Shown in pieces: positions 7,347 to 16,299 of a DNA stretch of 64,000 nucleotides. The DNA comes from Eubacteriales bacterium (GTDB lineage: Bacteria; Bacillota; Clostridia; Oscillospirales; CAG-272): contig JAZNCH010000036.1 in assembly GCA_045587445.1 (NCBI GenBank), positions 41,490 through 105,489 of the forward strand, given 5' to 3'. The first letter of the stretch is position 1. Each line of letters begins with the position of its first letter. A program made the position numbers and the translations under genes. The notes beneath the pieces are model-generated. The model saw only the letters and a program-made list of their open reading frames with translations. It ran no database searches and was not told the DNA's origin.

Positions 7347-9494
7347 TTAAACAATTCTCATATCTGTCTTACGTGTTATAATGTCCACATCTTCGATAAG
7401 AACTTCGACTTCCATACCGAGACTGAATTTTTCAAAACCGTTTGAAAGAGTATAATTCCTTTCATCAAATTCATAGTAGCCGTCGAGTGAAGAAACAGGC
7501 ACAAGTCCTTCGCAAGTATTCTCAAGCTCAACAAAAAAGCCGAATGACGTTACGCTTGTGATAACCCCCTTGAATGTTTCTCCGATATAGTTCATCATAT
7601 AAACCGACTTGTAGAGGTCTTCAATATCTCTTTCTGCCATCTGTGCCTTAACTTCATTTTCGCTTGAATTAATAGCGGCTTGAGAAGCAAACGCAATATA
7701 CTTACCGATATTCTTATCGGTTATTTCATTTCTTAAAACCTTTTTTATGATTCTGTGCGTTGCAAGGTCGGGATAACGTCTTATTGGGGAAGTGAAGTGG
7801 CAGTATTTATCTATTGCCAAGCCAAAGTGAGCAGAACAGCTTGAAGAATATTTTGCTTTCATAAGCGAACGGAGCAATATATTTGAAAGGATAGAATCAA
7901 GATTCTTTTCTCTTGCATCTGACAAAACTTTACGGAGGGCTGTCGGGTGTATCTTTTTTGAATGAAGAGGAGTTGTGTTGATACCAAGATTGTGTGCGAA
8001 AATATCAAAGCTTCGCATCTTTTCGGGGTCAGGCTCTTCGTGTATACGGTATACGCACGGCATATCTCTCCACGACAGCCAATTCGCCACTCCCTCGTTT
8101 GCACAGAGCATAAACTGTTCAATAAGCATTTCCGCAACACCGCGCTCTATCTTAATTATATCCGTAGGCTCGTTATACTCATTAACAATAATCTTTGCTT
8201 CGCTCGTTTCAATATCAAGTGCACCACGCTTCGCTGATTTTTTGCTCAAGATTTCATAAAGCTCAAGCATTGTCGGCAAAGTATTGTTTAAAACAGAAGA
8301 ATATTTTTCAAAATATGCGGACTTATTCTTGTTTTTGATAACATCATTTAACTCGGAATATACACCTCGTATTTTTGAGTTAATTACACTTTCTTTAATA
8401 TCAACGTCAAGTATATCGCCATTTTTACTTAAAGAAACAAATGCTGAAAGAGTATATCTGTCCACTCCTGCATTAAGCGAACAAATGCCGTTTGACAATG
8501 CCTTAGGCAGCATGGGAACTACCTTGTCTGCAAAGTAAACACTTGTTCCTCGTACCATAGCTTCTTCGTCAAGACAAGAATTTTCCGTTACGTAATTCGA
8601 CACGTCGGCAATATGAACGCCGAGAATAAAGCCCTCTTCTGTCTTTTCTACAGATATAGCATCGTCGAGGTCTTTTGCATCTATTCCGTCTATTGTAAAT
8701 ATTGTCTTATCTCTGAGGTCAAGTCTGTTTTCTGTAATAATTTCGGTTTCTGCTAATCTATCTGCCTCTTCAAGTACGTTTTTAGGGAAGAGTGTCTTTA
8801 TATTGTGGCTATGCAAAACAGCATTATAGTTAGCGTACAGTGAATCGCTTTCGCCGAATACGGTAATAATTTTACCCTTACCTGCATTTCTGCCTGTCGG
8901 ATATTTTGTTATCTCCACTTCAACCTTATCGCCCACGTCGGCGTCGGCAAGGTCAAATTTTTCAATAATAATATCTATATTCAGCTTCTTGTTGTCGGGA
9001 ACTATATAGTAAATAGGTCTTGCCTTATTTCTGCCTCTTGCGATAAGAAGAGTGCCGGTAAAGGTTTTGAGACCGTGCGAAACTATTTTAATTACCTTAC
9101 CTTCTTCGCTTTGACCGTGTGTTATTTTGTTTCTCGGTTTGGTAAGACTTACAAGTACGGTATCACCCTCTATAGCATCAAAGGTGCTGTCGCGGGATAT
9201 AAAAATATCGCGTTCCTTGGTTAAAGCTCCATCGGGGGTAACAAAACCGAAGCCTCGTGCCGAAGCTCTGAAAATACCCTTTACAACACCCGAGAATTTT
9301 ACCGCCATTATCTTGCCTTTTTTGGTATAAACAATCTCGCCCTCTTTTTCGAGTGCACCGAGTGATTTGTAGAATACATCGTATTCGTTTGTATCGTCTC
9401 CGCAAATAATCGAATATAATTCATACGGTTTGTATGCCAAATCTTCTTCATTCAATAAATCTTTTATTTTTTCTTTTAATTCTGTTAATTCCAT
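7347..9494 (-). CDS. rnr: ribonuclease R
   Basis: 715 aa. RNB catalytic region (DAKDLDDAISVEK), N-terminal cold-shock-like region and C-terminal S1 domain. The secG-rnr neighbourhood is typical. Confidence 0.9.
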   Translation of the reverse strand: MELTELKEKIKDLLNEEDLAYKPYELYSIICGDDTNEYDVFYKSLGALEKEGEIVYTKKGKIMAVKFSGVVKGIFRASARGFGFVTPDGALTKERDIFISRDSTFDAIEGDTVLVSLTKPRNKITHGQSEEGKVIKIVSHGLKTFTGTLLIARGRNKARPIYYIVPDNKKLNIDIIIEKFDLADADVGDKVEVEITKYPTGRNAGKGKIITVFGESDSLYANYNAVLHSHNIKTLFPKNVLEEADRLAETEIITENRLDLRDKTIFTIDGIDAKDLDDAISVEKTEEGFILGVHIADVSNYVTENSCLDEEAMVRGTSVYFADKVVPMLPKALSNGICSLNAGVDRYTLSAFVSLSKNGDILDVDIKESVINSKIRGVYSELNDVIKNKNKSAYFEKYSSVLNNTLPTMLELYEILSKKSAKRGALDIETSEAKIIVNEYNEPTDIIKIERGVAEMLIEQFMLCANEGVANWLSWRDMPCVYRIHEEPDPEKMRSFDIFAHNLGINTTPLHSKKIHPTALRKVLSDAREKNLDSILSNILLRSLMKAKYSSSCSAHFGLAIDKYCHFTSPIRRYPDLATHRIIKKVLRNEITDKNIGKYIAFASQAAINSSENEVKAQMAERDIEDLYKSVYMMNYIGETFKGVITSVTSFGFFVELENTCEGLVPVSSLDGYYEFDERNYTLSNGFEKFSLGMEVEVLIEDVDIITRKTDMRIV

Positions 9495-9522
9495 AAATTA
9501 TTACTCCGAAAAAATAGGATAT

Positions 9523-9545
9523 GGTTGAGTCATTAACTCAGCCCC
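9523..9545. repeat. palindromic repeat GGTTGAGTCATTAACTCAGCCCC
   Basis: 8-bp hairpin (one G-U pair on the plus strand) between secG and rnr. A near-identical copy is at 22398-22424 and a half copy at 22293-22306. Confidence 0.6.
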
Positions 9546-9656
9546 ATCTATTATCCTAAAAAATATAAGACGTTTATAAGTTTAACGAGTGTCTATTATA
9601 TTATCAAAAAATAATCCGCCTTCAAGGGAAGGCGGATTGAAATAGTCATTAAAAAC

Positions 9657-10046
9657 TTACTGAGCTGTTGTTGATGCTGTAGTTTCAGCAGTTGTTTCAT
9701 CTTTTGTAACTTCTGCACTTTCTTCGGGATCGTTCTTTACAGTTTCTTCAACAGTTGTGTCGGGAGCGTCAATGTTTTCGTTGAAGTGGTCATCGGGGTC
9801 GATGTCCTTCTGGATAACGAACATAACAAGTACTATAACAACAAAAACTATACCAACGATTGTTGTAAGTTTAGCGAGAGTCTTCTCCCAAGTCTTGCCC
9901 TTTGTTTTGCCAAAGAAAGTATCAGAGCTGCCACCGCTAATAGCGCCCATACCCTTTGTTTTGCCTTCCTGCATAAGTACTGCAATTACGATAAATACGG
10001 CGGCTACTAAAAGTATAACCCCCAAAATAGTTTCCAATACAGTCAT
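9657..10046 (-). CDS. secG: preprotein translocase subunit SecG with an acidic C-terminal extension
   Basis: Two TM helices flank a GGSSDTFFGK loop, which is typical of SecG. GGAGG RBS. Confidence 0.8.
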   Translation of the reverse strand: MTVLETILGVILLVAAVFIVIAVLMQEGKTKGMGAISGGSSDTFFGKTKGKTWEKTLAKLTTIVGIVFVVIVLVMFVIQKDIDPDDHFNENIDAPDTTVEETVKNDPEESAEVTKDETTAETTASTTAQ

Positions 10047-10103
10047 TTATATATCCTCCGAATAGTAAAAACTTTTTTAAACATAATTTTAGACAGTAGG
10101 AAT

Positions 10104-10132
10104 ATAATACCACAAATTTAAGCTAATTGCAA
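10104..10132 (-). promoter_or_regulatory. sigma-A promoter of secG
   Basis: Minus strand reads TTGCAA, 17 nt, TATTAT, preceded by TGg. Confidence 0.55.
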
Positions 10133-10183
10133 TAGTATTTTTAACATTTTTTGCAAAAAAAGTGAAAAATTTGAGGATTACTC

Positions 10184-11857
10184 TTACACGTTCATAATCA
10201 AAGGCAGAATCATAGGTTTTCTGTTGGTTTTGTCCACAAGATATCTGCTGACCTTATCTTTAACGCGGTTCTTCATATGTGTCCAATCGGTTATATCGTC
10301 CTCAAGGCAATCCCAAAGCGCGTCTGTTGCAATCTCTTTAACGGTTTCAAGCAACTCCTCAGACTCTCTTACGTAAACAAAACCTCTTGATATTATATCG
10401 GGGCCCGAAATGACCGTACGTTCTTCAATATCTACGGTGGCTACGACTACGATAAGTCCGTCGAGTGCCAAGTGCCGTCTGTCTCTAAGTACGATATTTC
10501 CTACGTCGCCGACACCATAACCGTCAACAAGTATTTTTCCCGAAGGAACGGTGCCGTTAAAGCGTATTCCTTTTTTATCCACTTCAATAACCTTACCAAT
10601 GTCGCTGACGAGTATGTTTTCGGGAGACATACCCATTTGCAATGCTAAATTTCTATGCTGCATAAGGTGTCTGCATTCGCCGTGAATCGGTACGAAGTAT
10701 TTTGGTTTTGTGAGTGCGTGCATCAATTTTAATTCTTCCTGACAGCCGTGTCCCGAAACGTGAACCTCAATAAGGTTGTCCTGAAATACCGAAACACCCT
10801 TTTTCATAAGCTCGTTAATAATTTTGTTTACAAGTTTTTCATTACCCGGAATCGGGTGCGCACTGATAACAACGAGGTCGTTTGAGTCGAGTATAACTTT
10901 ATCGTGGTCTGAAAAAGCCATTCTATAGAGCGCAGACATAGGTTCGCCCTGACTTCCCGTTGTAACGAGCGTTAATTGGTCGGGGCGGAAACGTTTTATT
11001 TCGCTTATATCAATGAGAGTTCCCTCGGGGATATTCATATATCCGAGTTCGTTTGCTGCACGAACAATATTTACCATGCTTCTGCCGAGGACAGCGACTT
11101 TACGACCGTACTTTTCACTGGTATTGATTATCTGTTGAACGCGGTGAACGTTTGAGGAAAACGTTGCAATGACGATTCTTTTGTCGGTATGGTGCATAAA
11201 AATGTTTTCCAATGATGCGCCTACCGTTTTTTCCGACATGGTGTATCCGGGTTCTTCGGCATTGGTTGATTCGCAGAGAAGCAGAGTAACACCCTTGTTT
11301 CCCAGCTCTCCCAATCTTGTTATATCCATTATATCGCTGTCAACAGGGGTAAGGTCAAGCTTAAAATCTCCCGAATGAATAACCATTCCCAAAGGTGTTT
11401 TTATAGCCAAACAGCAAGCATCGGCAATAGAGTGGTTAACGTGGATAAATTCAACGCTGAATACCCCCGCTTTAACAATATCTCCCGGTTTTACGCATAT
11501 AAGCTCGGGTTCAATGTCGAGAACGTGCTCTGTAAGCTTGTTTTCAATAATACCCAAAGTAAGCTTTGTTCCATATATGGGGGGATTAATGGTACGCAAA
11601 ACGTAGGGGATAGCTCCTATATGATCCTCATGACCGTGAGTAAGAAAAATTCCTTTGATTTTTGAAGCGTTTTTTTCAAGGTATGAAATGTCGGGAATAA
11701 CCAAATCTACTCCGAGCATTTCGTTGTCGGGAAAACCGAGACCGCAGTCGACTATAATTATGTCGTCTTGATATTCGAGTACGGTAATATTTTTGCCAAT
11801 TTCGTTCAGTCCGCCAAGGCTTATAACACGAAGCTTGGCGTTATTTTTTTTCTGCAT
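10184..11857 (-). CDS. rnj: ribonuclease J
   Basis: Metallo-beta-lactamase HGHEDHIG motif, beta-CASP region and C-terminal domain. Start moved to MQKKNNAKLRVISLGG (ATG 11857, GAAAGGAA RBS). The 23-aa ORF-track extension lacks an RBS. Confidence 0.9.
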   Translation of the reverse strand: MQKKNNAKLRVISLGGLNEIGKNITVLEYQDDIIIVDCGLGFPDNEMLGVDLVIPDISYLEKNASKIKGIFLTHGHEDHIGAIPYVLRTINPPIYGTKLTLGIIENKLTEHVLDIEPELICVKPGDIVKAGVFSVEFIHVNHSIADACCLAIKTPLGMVIHSGDFKLDLTPVDSDIMDITRLGELGNKGVTLLLCESTNAEEPGYTMSEKTVGASLENIFMHHTDKRIVIATFSSNVHRVQQIINTSEKYGRKVAVLGRSMVNIVRAANELGYMNIPEGTLIDISEIKRFRPDQLTLVTTGSQGEPMSALYRMAFSDHDKVILDSNDLVVISAHPIPGNEKLVNKIINELMKKGVSVFQDNLIEVHVSGHGCQEELKLMHALTKPKYFVPIHGECRHLMQHRNLALQMGMSPENILVSDIGKVIEVDKKGIRFNGTVPSGKILVDGYGVGDVGNIVLRDRRHLALDGLIVVVATVDIEERTVISGPDIISRGFVYVRESEELLETVKEIATDALWDCLEDDITDWTHMKNRVKDKVSRYLVDKTNRKPMILPLIMNV

Positions 11858-12076
11858 AAAAATTCCTTTCAAAAATAGTATTTTAAAAAATCTAAACGAA
11901 AAGACAAAGCATGTACAAAAAACCACGCTTTGTTTTTCTTAATATGTACATAAGAAAACGTATTGCAACGGGCGATCTATGCAATGTTTTCTTATGCCTT
12001 TGAAACGCACAATTTAATTTAAGAATATTATAACAAATAATTGTGAATACAGTATGAATAAAATGATTTCTTATGC

Positions 12077-12361
12077 TTATTTTAACAAAAGAAAGAAGAA
12101 CGTACACAAAACAAAAGACAAAAAAGCTCCCAAAAGAAAGTAAATCAAACTATTCTTTTGTGTTTTGCTTTGTTCATTTTTTCCATTTTCAAAAAAGTAA
12201 CTTCCTACTATATTATTGTTCAGTATTTTGTTTGCTTCTCTAATCATTTCTGACTCTTTAATGTTCGAAAAATCGTCCTTAATAATAAAGTACGCTTCTT
12301 CGATTATACTGTTTACACCGGGTTTCAAAACTACGGCTTTTTTCTGTGTTCCCATATACAT
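12077..12361 (-). CDS. hypothetical tail-anchored membrane protein (94 aa)
   Basis: GGGAGGA RBS 7 nt before the ATG. Soluble N-terminal domain, then a single C-terminal TM helix (LIYFLLGAFLSFVLCTFFFLLL). Family not recognised. Confidence 0.55.
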   Translation of the reverse strand: MYMGTQKKAVVLKPGVNSIIEEAYFIIKDDFSNIKESEMIREANKILNNNIVGSYFFENGKNEQSKTQKNSLIYFLLGAFLSFVLCTFFFLLLK

Positions 12362-12492
12362 AGCTAAATCCTCCCTTTTTTGTGATTATTGTTTTGCATA
12401 CACCAAATTAATCAATATTAAGAAAAAATTATTTGAATAAATCAGTAATCTGTAGTCAATAATTCAAAACAGAAAGAGGTGATTTAAAATAT

Positions 12493-13095
12493 ATGAAAAC
12501 AAGAATTACATTTTGCGTATCCGTTGTTCTACTTATGTTAATTATGCCGTTTTTGCCGGTGAGAGACGAGGGGGAAATATACGAAAACACACTGCGTTTG
12601 CACGTGCTTGCTAACTCTGACAGCACCGAAGACCAAACCCTAAAGCTGCTGGTACGAGATGCTTTGGTTGAAGAGACGGCACGTTTGTCGGTTGGGTGTT
12701 CAAACCTTTCCGATGCCAAAAAAGTTTACGCCGAAAACCTTGATGATTTGCAAACTGTTGCCGAATCCGTTATACGTAATGAGGGCAAGACGGACAAGGT
12801 TAAAGTAGAACTCAGCGAGGAATACTACCCGGAAAGACAATACGGCAACATCAGACTTCCGTCGGGCAGATATAACTCCTTAAAAGTCAGTATTGGCGAA
12901 AGCGACGGGCAAAACTGGTGGTGCGTTCTGTTTCCTCCTCTTTGCGTAGAAGCGGCAGAGGCAGAGGAAGAATTGGTTGCAACCGGATTTACTCCAAATC
13001 AAATAAAAGTGCTTACCGATTCTGAAACCCCGAAATACGTTATACGTTTTCGCATACTTGAATGGTTTGAAGATTTGGCGGATTTGTTTAGTTAA
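12493..13095 (+). CDS. spoIIR: stage II sporulation protein R (forespore signal that activates SpoIIGA)
   Basis: [17 protein letters not shown] and [11 protein letters not shown] signatures of SpoIIR. N-terminal signal/anchor. Confidence 0.9.
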   Translation: MKTRITFCVSVVLLMLIMPFLPVRDEGEIYENTLRLHVLANSDSTEDQTLKLLVRDALVEETARLSVGCSNLSDAKKVYAENLDDLQTVAESVIRNEGKTDKVKVELSEEYYPERQYGNIRLPSGRYNSLKVSIGESDGQNWWCVLFPPLCVEAAEAEEELVATGFTPNQIKVLTDSETPKYVIRFRILEWFEDLADLFS

Positions 13096-13811
13096 ATTTT
13101 GTTGCCGATTTCCTTTTTGAGTTTTTCAATAATTCTTTTTTCGAGACGGGAAATGTAAGATTGAGAAATTCCGAGGAGATCGGCAACTTCTTTTTGCGTT
13201 TTTTCCTTTCCCGATTCCAGCCCAAACCGCAAGGTTATGATAAGCCTGTCTCTGTCGTTCAGTTCGGTTATGGCTTTTTTTACCGTCTTTCTGTCTTCGT
13301 CTATTTCAAGATCGCTGTATACCGAATCTCCGTCAGAGCCTAAAATATCGGAAAGTAATAGTTCGTTTCCGTCCCAATCAATATTGATAGGCTCGTCTAT
13401 GGATATTTCAAATTTGTGGTTATTGATTTTTCTTATGTACATAAGTATTTCGTTTTCGATACACCGACTTGCATACGTAGCAAGTTTAATGTTCTTTTCG
13501 GGGTTGAACGTGTTTATCGCTTTGATAAGCCCGATAGTACCTATTGATATAAGGTCTTCAAGCCCGACTCCCGTATTTTCAAACTTTTTCGCTATATATA
13601 CAACAAGCCTCAAATTATGCTCGACAAGCTTGTTTTTGGCATCGCTGTCGTTTAACAAAAGTTTTTTCAGACATTCGTTTTCTTCTTCGGTATCAAGCGG
13701 CGGCGGAAGCGTTTCGGGACCGTTTATGTAATATATTCCGTTCTCTTTTTTGAGAATGATTTTTTTTACGTATTCTAAAAATTTTGAGAGGGTTTTAAAC
13801 ATTTTTTTCAC
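13092..13811 (-). CDS. sigE: RNA polymerase sporulation sigma factor E (pro-sigma-E)
   Basis: Pro-peptide plus [13 protein letters not shown] and [54 protein letters not shown], nearly collinear with B. subtilis SigE. Directly downstream of spoIIGA. Confidence 0.92.
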   Translation of the reverse strand: MKKMFKTLSKFLEYVKKIILKKENGIYYINGPETLPPPLDTEEENECLKKLLLNDSDAKNKLVEHNLRLVVYIAKKFENTGVGLEDLISIGTIGLIKAINTFNPEKNIKLATYASRCIENEILMYIRKINNHKFEISIDEPINIDWDGNELLLSDILGSDGDSVYSDLEIDEDRKTVKKAITELNDRDRLIITLRFGLESGKEKTQKEVADLLGISQSYISRLEKRIIEKLKKEIGNKI

Positions 13812-13825
13812 CTTTTCATTAAAAT

Positions 13826-14707
13826 TTATTGTGTTATTTCAAGAGGAACGACGGCGGGGAAACCGCCGAAATCATTAGACTCGGGCGTTATGGCAATATA
13901 GACGTCAACATCTTTTTCGTTAAGATTAACTTTGTCCGCCAAAAGCCCAAACAATATACTGTTACCGCCTACTGTGGATATAGGTATTATTCTGATTTTT
14001 GCAGAAAAAATACTGTTTTCAAGACAGCTTGTATCTTTGTTTTTAAAAAGGGGAATAAGCTCGATAGGAATAAGTTTTCGTATTCCGCTATATGAAACGA
14101 TTATAACAGGCTTTCCGCTTAATGGCTCTCGTAGGAGATTTCCCGAATCAACAAGGGCTTCAAGCGTGGTTGAATTCTGATTAAAGGAAATAAAAAGGGA
14201 ACAAGTCTTTTCAGCACTCTTTTTCTTTATAAGCTTTCCCGATACAAGAGAAAAAATACCGCATAGCAGAGCAAGTAAAGCTAAAATACCAAACGGCAGG
14301 TCGCCGTAAAGGACGTCAAACGTGCCGTTTATCATAAGGTTCCTTTTGTTTTGCCAAATATTAAGCAGATTACATATCGCGGTTATTCCGCCGCCAAGAG
14401 CAAAATTGACTATGTAGAATACAACTGTATTTTTTAAAAATATAGATATTTTCTGTTTTCCGTATGCGGTAAACGTAAGCAAAAATGCCATTCCGATGCT
14501 TATAAAACCGCTTATGATTTGGCGCAAATTTAACGACAGAATTACAAGGGAGTATATAGCTCCGATAAGACTCGAGAGGGTTATTCTTTTTGAACTAAGT
14601 TTTATGTGCATTATTTTTGCGGTAATGAAGAGGGCAAGGAAATCCATGCTGAAATTAATGATAATAAGCACGTCGCCGTATATTATTCTTTCAATAGAGC
14701 AAATCAC
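13826..14707 (-). CDS. spoIIGA: sigma-E processing peptidase SpoIIGA
   Basis: Five N-terminal TM helices and an aspartic-protease motif [20 protein letters not shown] start as in the ORF track; exact start uncertain. Confidence 0.88.
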   Translation of the reverse strand: MICSIERIIYGDVLIIINFSMDFLALFITAKIMHIKLSSKRITLSSLIGAIYSLVILSLNLRQIISGFISIGMAFLLTFTAYGKQKISIFLKNTVVFYIVNFALGGGITAICNLLNIWQNKRNLMINGTFDVLYGDLPFGILALLALLCGIFSLVSGKLIKKKSAEKTCSLFISFNQNSTTLEALVDSGNLLREPLSGKPVIIVSYSGIRKLIPIELIPLFKNKDTSCLENSIFSAKIRIIPISTVGGNSILFGLLADKVNLNEKDVDVYIAITPESNDFGGFPAVVPLEITQ

Positions 14708-14814
14708 CCGCCTTGCTGTTTTTTGTAAGATTTATGGTATCACAAACCTTGTAAGGATTTTGTCGGTTTTGGATAGGCAAAAATAATTTTTTTATAAAAA
14801 GATACATTAATACA

Positions 14815-14843
14815 TTAACAAACAACATAAATTAATGTATAAT
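14815..14843 (+). promoter_or_regulatory. promoter-like element about 420 nt upstream of nagB
   Basis: TTAACA (14815-14820), 17 nt, TATAAT (14838-14843). Embedded in a TACATTAA/TTAATGTA inverted repeat. Confidence 0.35.
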
Positions 14844-15270
14844 GAATATGATAGATGATATTATATTGTATTTGTAAGAGTATGTAAAATTCAGTAGAAC
14901 GCTTTATGAATTGGTGAGATAACCGGCAAAGTACTTGTTTTTCAAGCAAGATAGTTGATAGAAATGAAAAACAGATAAGCAGTTATGACTGAGGCGAGGT
15001 GTTTGATGCCAAGGGTGGAATAATTACGCCGGTACCTATATACCTGCATATTCACGGATATGTGGGATAGGATTCTTCAGATGAAATTGAAAAGTGTTTG
15101 AATGATATTTTAAAGGCGATAACGAAAAACTCCGATGCTGTAATATCAATAAGTTATACAGTGGCGACATTTGTACAAGTGATAACGGTTACAACGTTGC
15201 AAAGACGGTTTGTAAATGGTAAAGAGGCATAAACTAATAAATAAATTATATAAACGCAGAGGTAATGAAG

Positions 15271-16026
15271 ATGAAAAAAGAAATGCAATTCAACAAAATT
15301 AAAGTAATCGTATGCGATACATACGAAGAACTTAGCGCTGAAGCAGCAGAAATAGTAGCTGCAGAAATGAAAAAGAAGCCGGAATTTGTACTCGGTCTTG
15401 CTACAGGTTCCTCTCCCGTTGGCTTGTATACAAGACTTGCTGAAAAGAATCAGGCAGGGGAGATTGACTTTGCGAAGGTGCGCACGTTTAATCTTGACGA
15501 GTATTATCCTATTGACCCAAGTAACGACCAGAGCTACCGTTATTTTATGAACAAGAACTTGTTTAATAAGACTAACATTAAGCTTGAAAATACAAGAGTG
15601 CCCGACGGTACGGCGGAAGATACAGATAACTTCTGTGAAAGCTATGAAGCTGATATTAAGGCTGCAGGCGGCATTGACCTTCAGGTTCTCGGTATAGGTA
15701 ACAATGGTCATATTGGTTTTAACGAACCCTGCGATAAGTTCTACAACATTACTCACGTTGTCGAGCTTACTGATAATACAATCGAAGCAAACTCCAGATT
15801 CTTTGAATCTGCAGACCTTGTTCCCAAGAAGGCTATTACAATGGGCGTTGGTACTATTATGAATGCTAAGAAGATAGTACTTGTTGCAAACGGAAAGAAC
15901 AAGGCACAGGTGCTTTACGAAGCTCTTTGCTGTGACGTAACACCTAACAATCAGTGCTCCGTTCTTCAGTACCACAACGACGTAACAATGATTCTTGACA
16001 AGGACGCAGCTTCTCTTTTGAAGTAA
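15271..16026 (+). CDS. nagB: glucosamine-6-phosphate deaminase
   Basis: LGLATGSSP and GIGNNGHIGFNEP signatures. ATG 15271 preferred, since AGAGG is 8 nt upstream. ATG 15265 is only 2 nt from the RBS. Confidence 0.9.
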   Translation: MKKEMQFNKIKVIVCDTYEELSAEAAEIVAAEMKKKPEFVLGLATGSSPVGLYTRLAEKNQAGEIDFAKVRTFNLDEYYPIDPSNDQSYRYFMNKNLFNKTNIKLENTRVPDGTAEDTDNFCESYEADIKAAGGIDLQVLGIGNNGHIGFNEPCDKFYNITHVVELTDNTIEANSRFFESADLVPKKAITMGVGTIMNAKKIVLVANGKNKAQVLYEALCCDVTPNNQCSVLQYHNDVTMILDKDAASLLK

Positions 16027-16038
16027 TACATAGAAAGT

Positions 16039-16075
16039 AAAGGAACGGCTCCACAAAAGCTGTTCCTTTTTATTT
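16039..16075 (+). terminator. terminator of nagB
   Basis: 10-bp stem AGGAACGGCT/AGCTGTTCCT (one G-U pair), then TTTTTATTT. Confidence 0.65.
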
Positions 16076-16221
16076 ACAAGACGAATAAGCGTATAAATGC
16101 AATTTACTACCTTGAGTGAGAGTGAATCGTTGTTTTGTCCAGTGGAAATTATATTGTACAATATTCACTGTAAAAATATATTTTTTGTGCTTTTAGAGCA
16201 TAAATATTTGAAAAAAATTTA

Positions 16222-16250
16222 TTGACAACTATATTTGCAGATGATATAAT
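16222..16250 (+). promoter_or_regulatory. consensus sigma-A promoter of the DegT-family gene
   Basis: TTGACA (16222-16227), 17 nt, TATAAT (16245-16250), preceded by TGa. Confidence 0.7.
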
Positions 16251-16299
16251 TAATATAGATAAAGATATTTAATTTCTTTTATAAAAGGAGATTTTTACA

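Noticed and set aside
11858-11926. N-terminal extensions offered by the ORF track for rnj, and similarly for tex (21258-21326), rsmA (29752-29817), the LtaS-like gene (36031-36087), GH2 (48100-48150), spoVAF (51301-51378) and lysA (62067-62078)
   Set aside because: In each case an internal ATG preceded by a good Shine-Dalgarno aligns with the conserved family N-terminus. The extensions lack an RBS or overlap other features, such as the tRNA gene.
12390-12440. Sigma-F/sigma-G promoter for spoIIR (TGCATA at about 12395-12400)
   Set aside because: The -35-like TGCATA has no acceptable -10 partner (GGnnAnAnT or CATnnTA) at 14-18-nt spacing, so I could not support a call.
14881-15040. Possible second T-box riboswitch upstream of nagB
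   Set aside because: Only scattered look-alike strings are present (AGTAGA, GGTGAGA, AAGGGTGG...GGTACC with an 11-nt interruption). There is no AG bulge, no GAA-codon-A specifier loop and no terminator/antiterminator pair. It is kept only as an unexplained region in the findings.
15154-16161. 335-aa minus-strand ORF, the longest unassigned ORF in the track
   Set aside because: It is exactly antisense to nagB, whose product has unmistakable deaminase motifs. The antisense product is Cys/Val/Leu-rich, low-complexity, and lacks an RBS. This is a typical shadow ORF.
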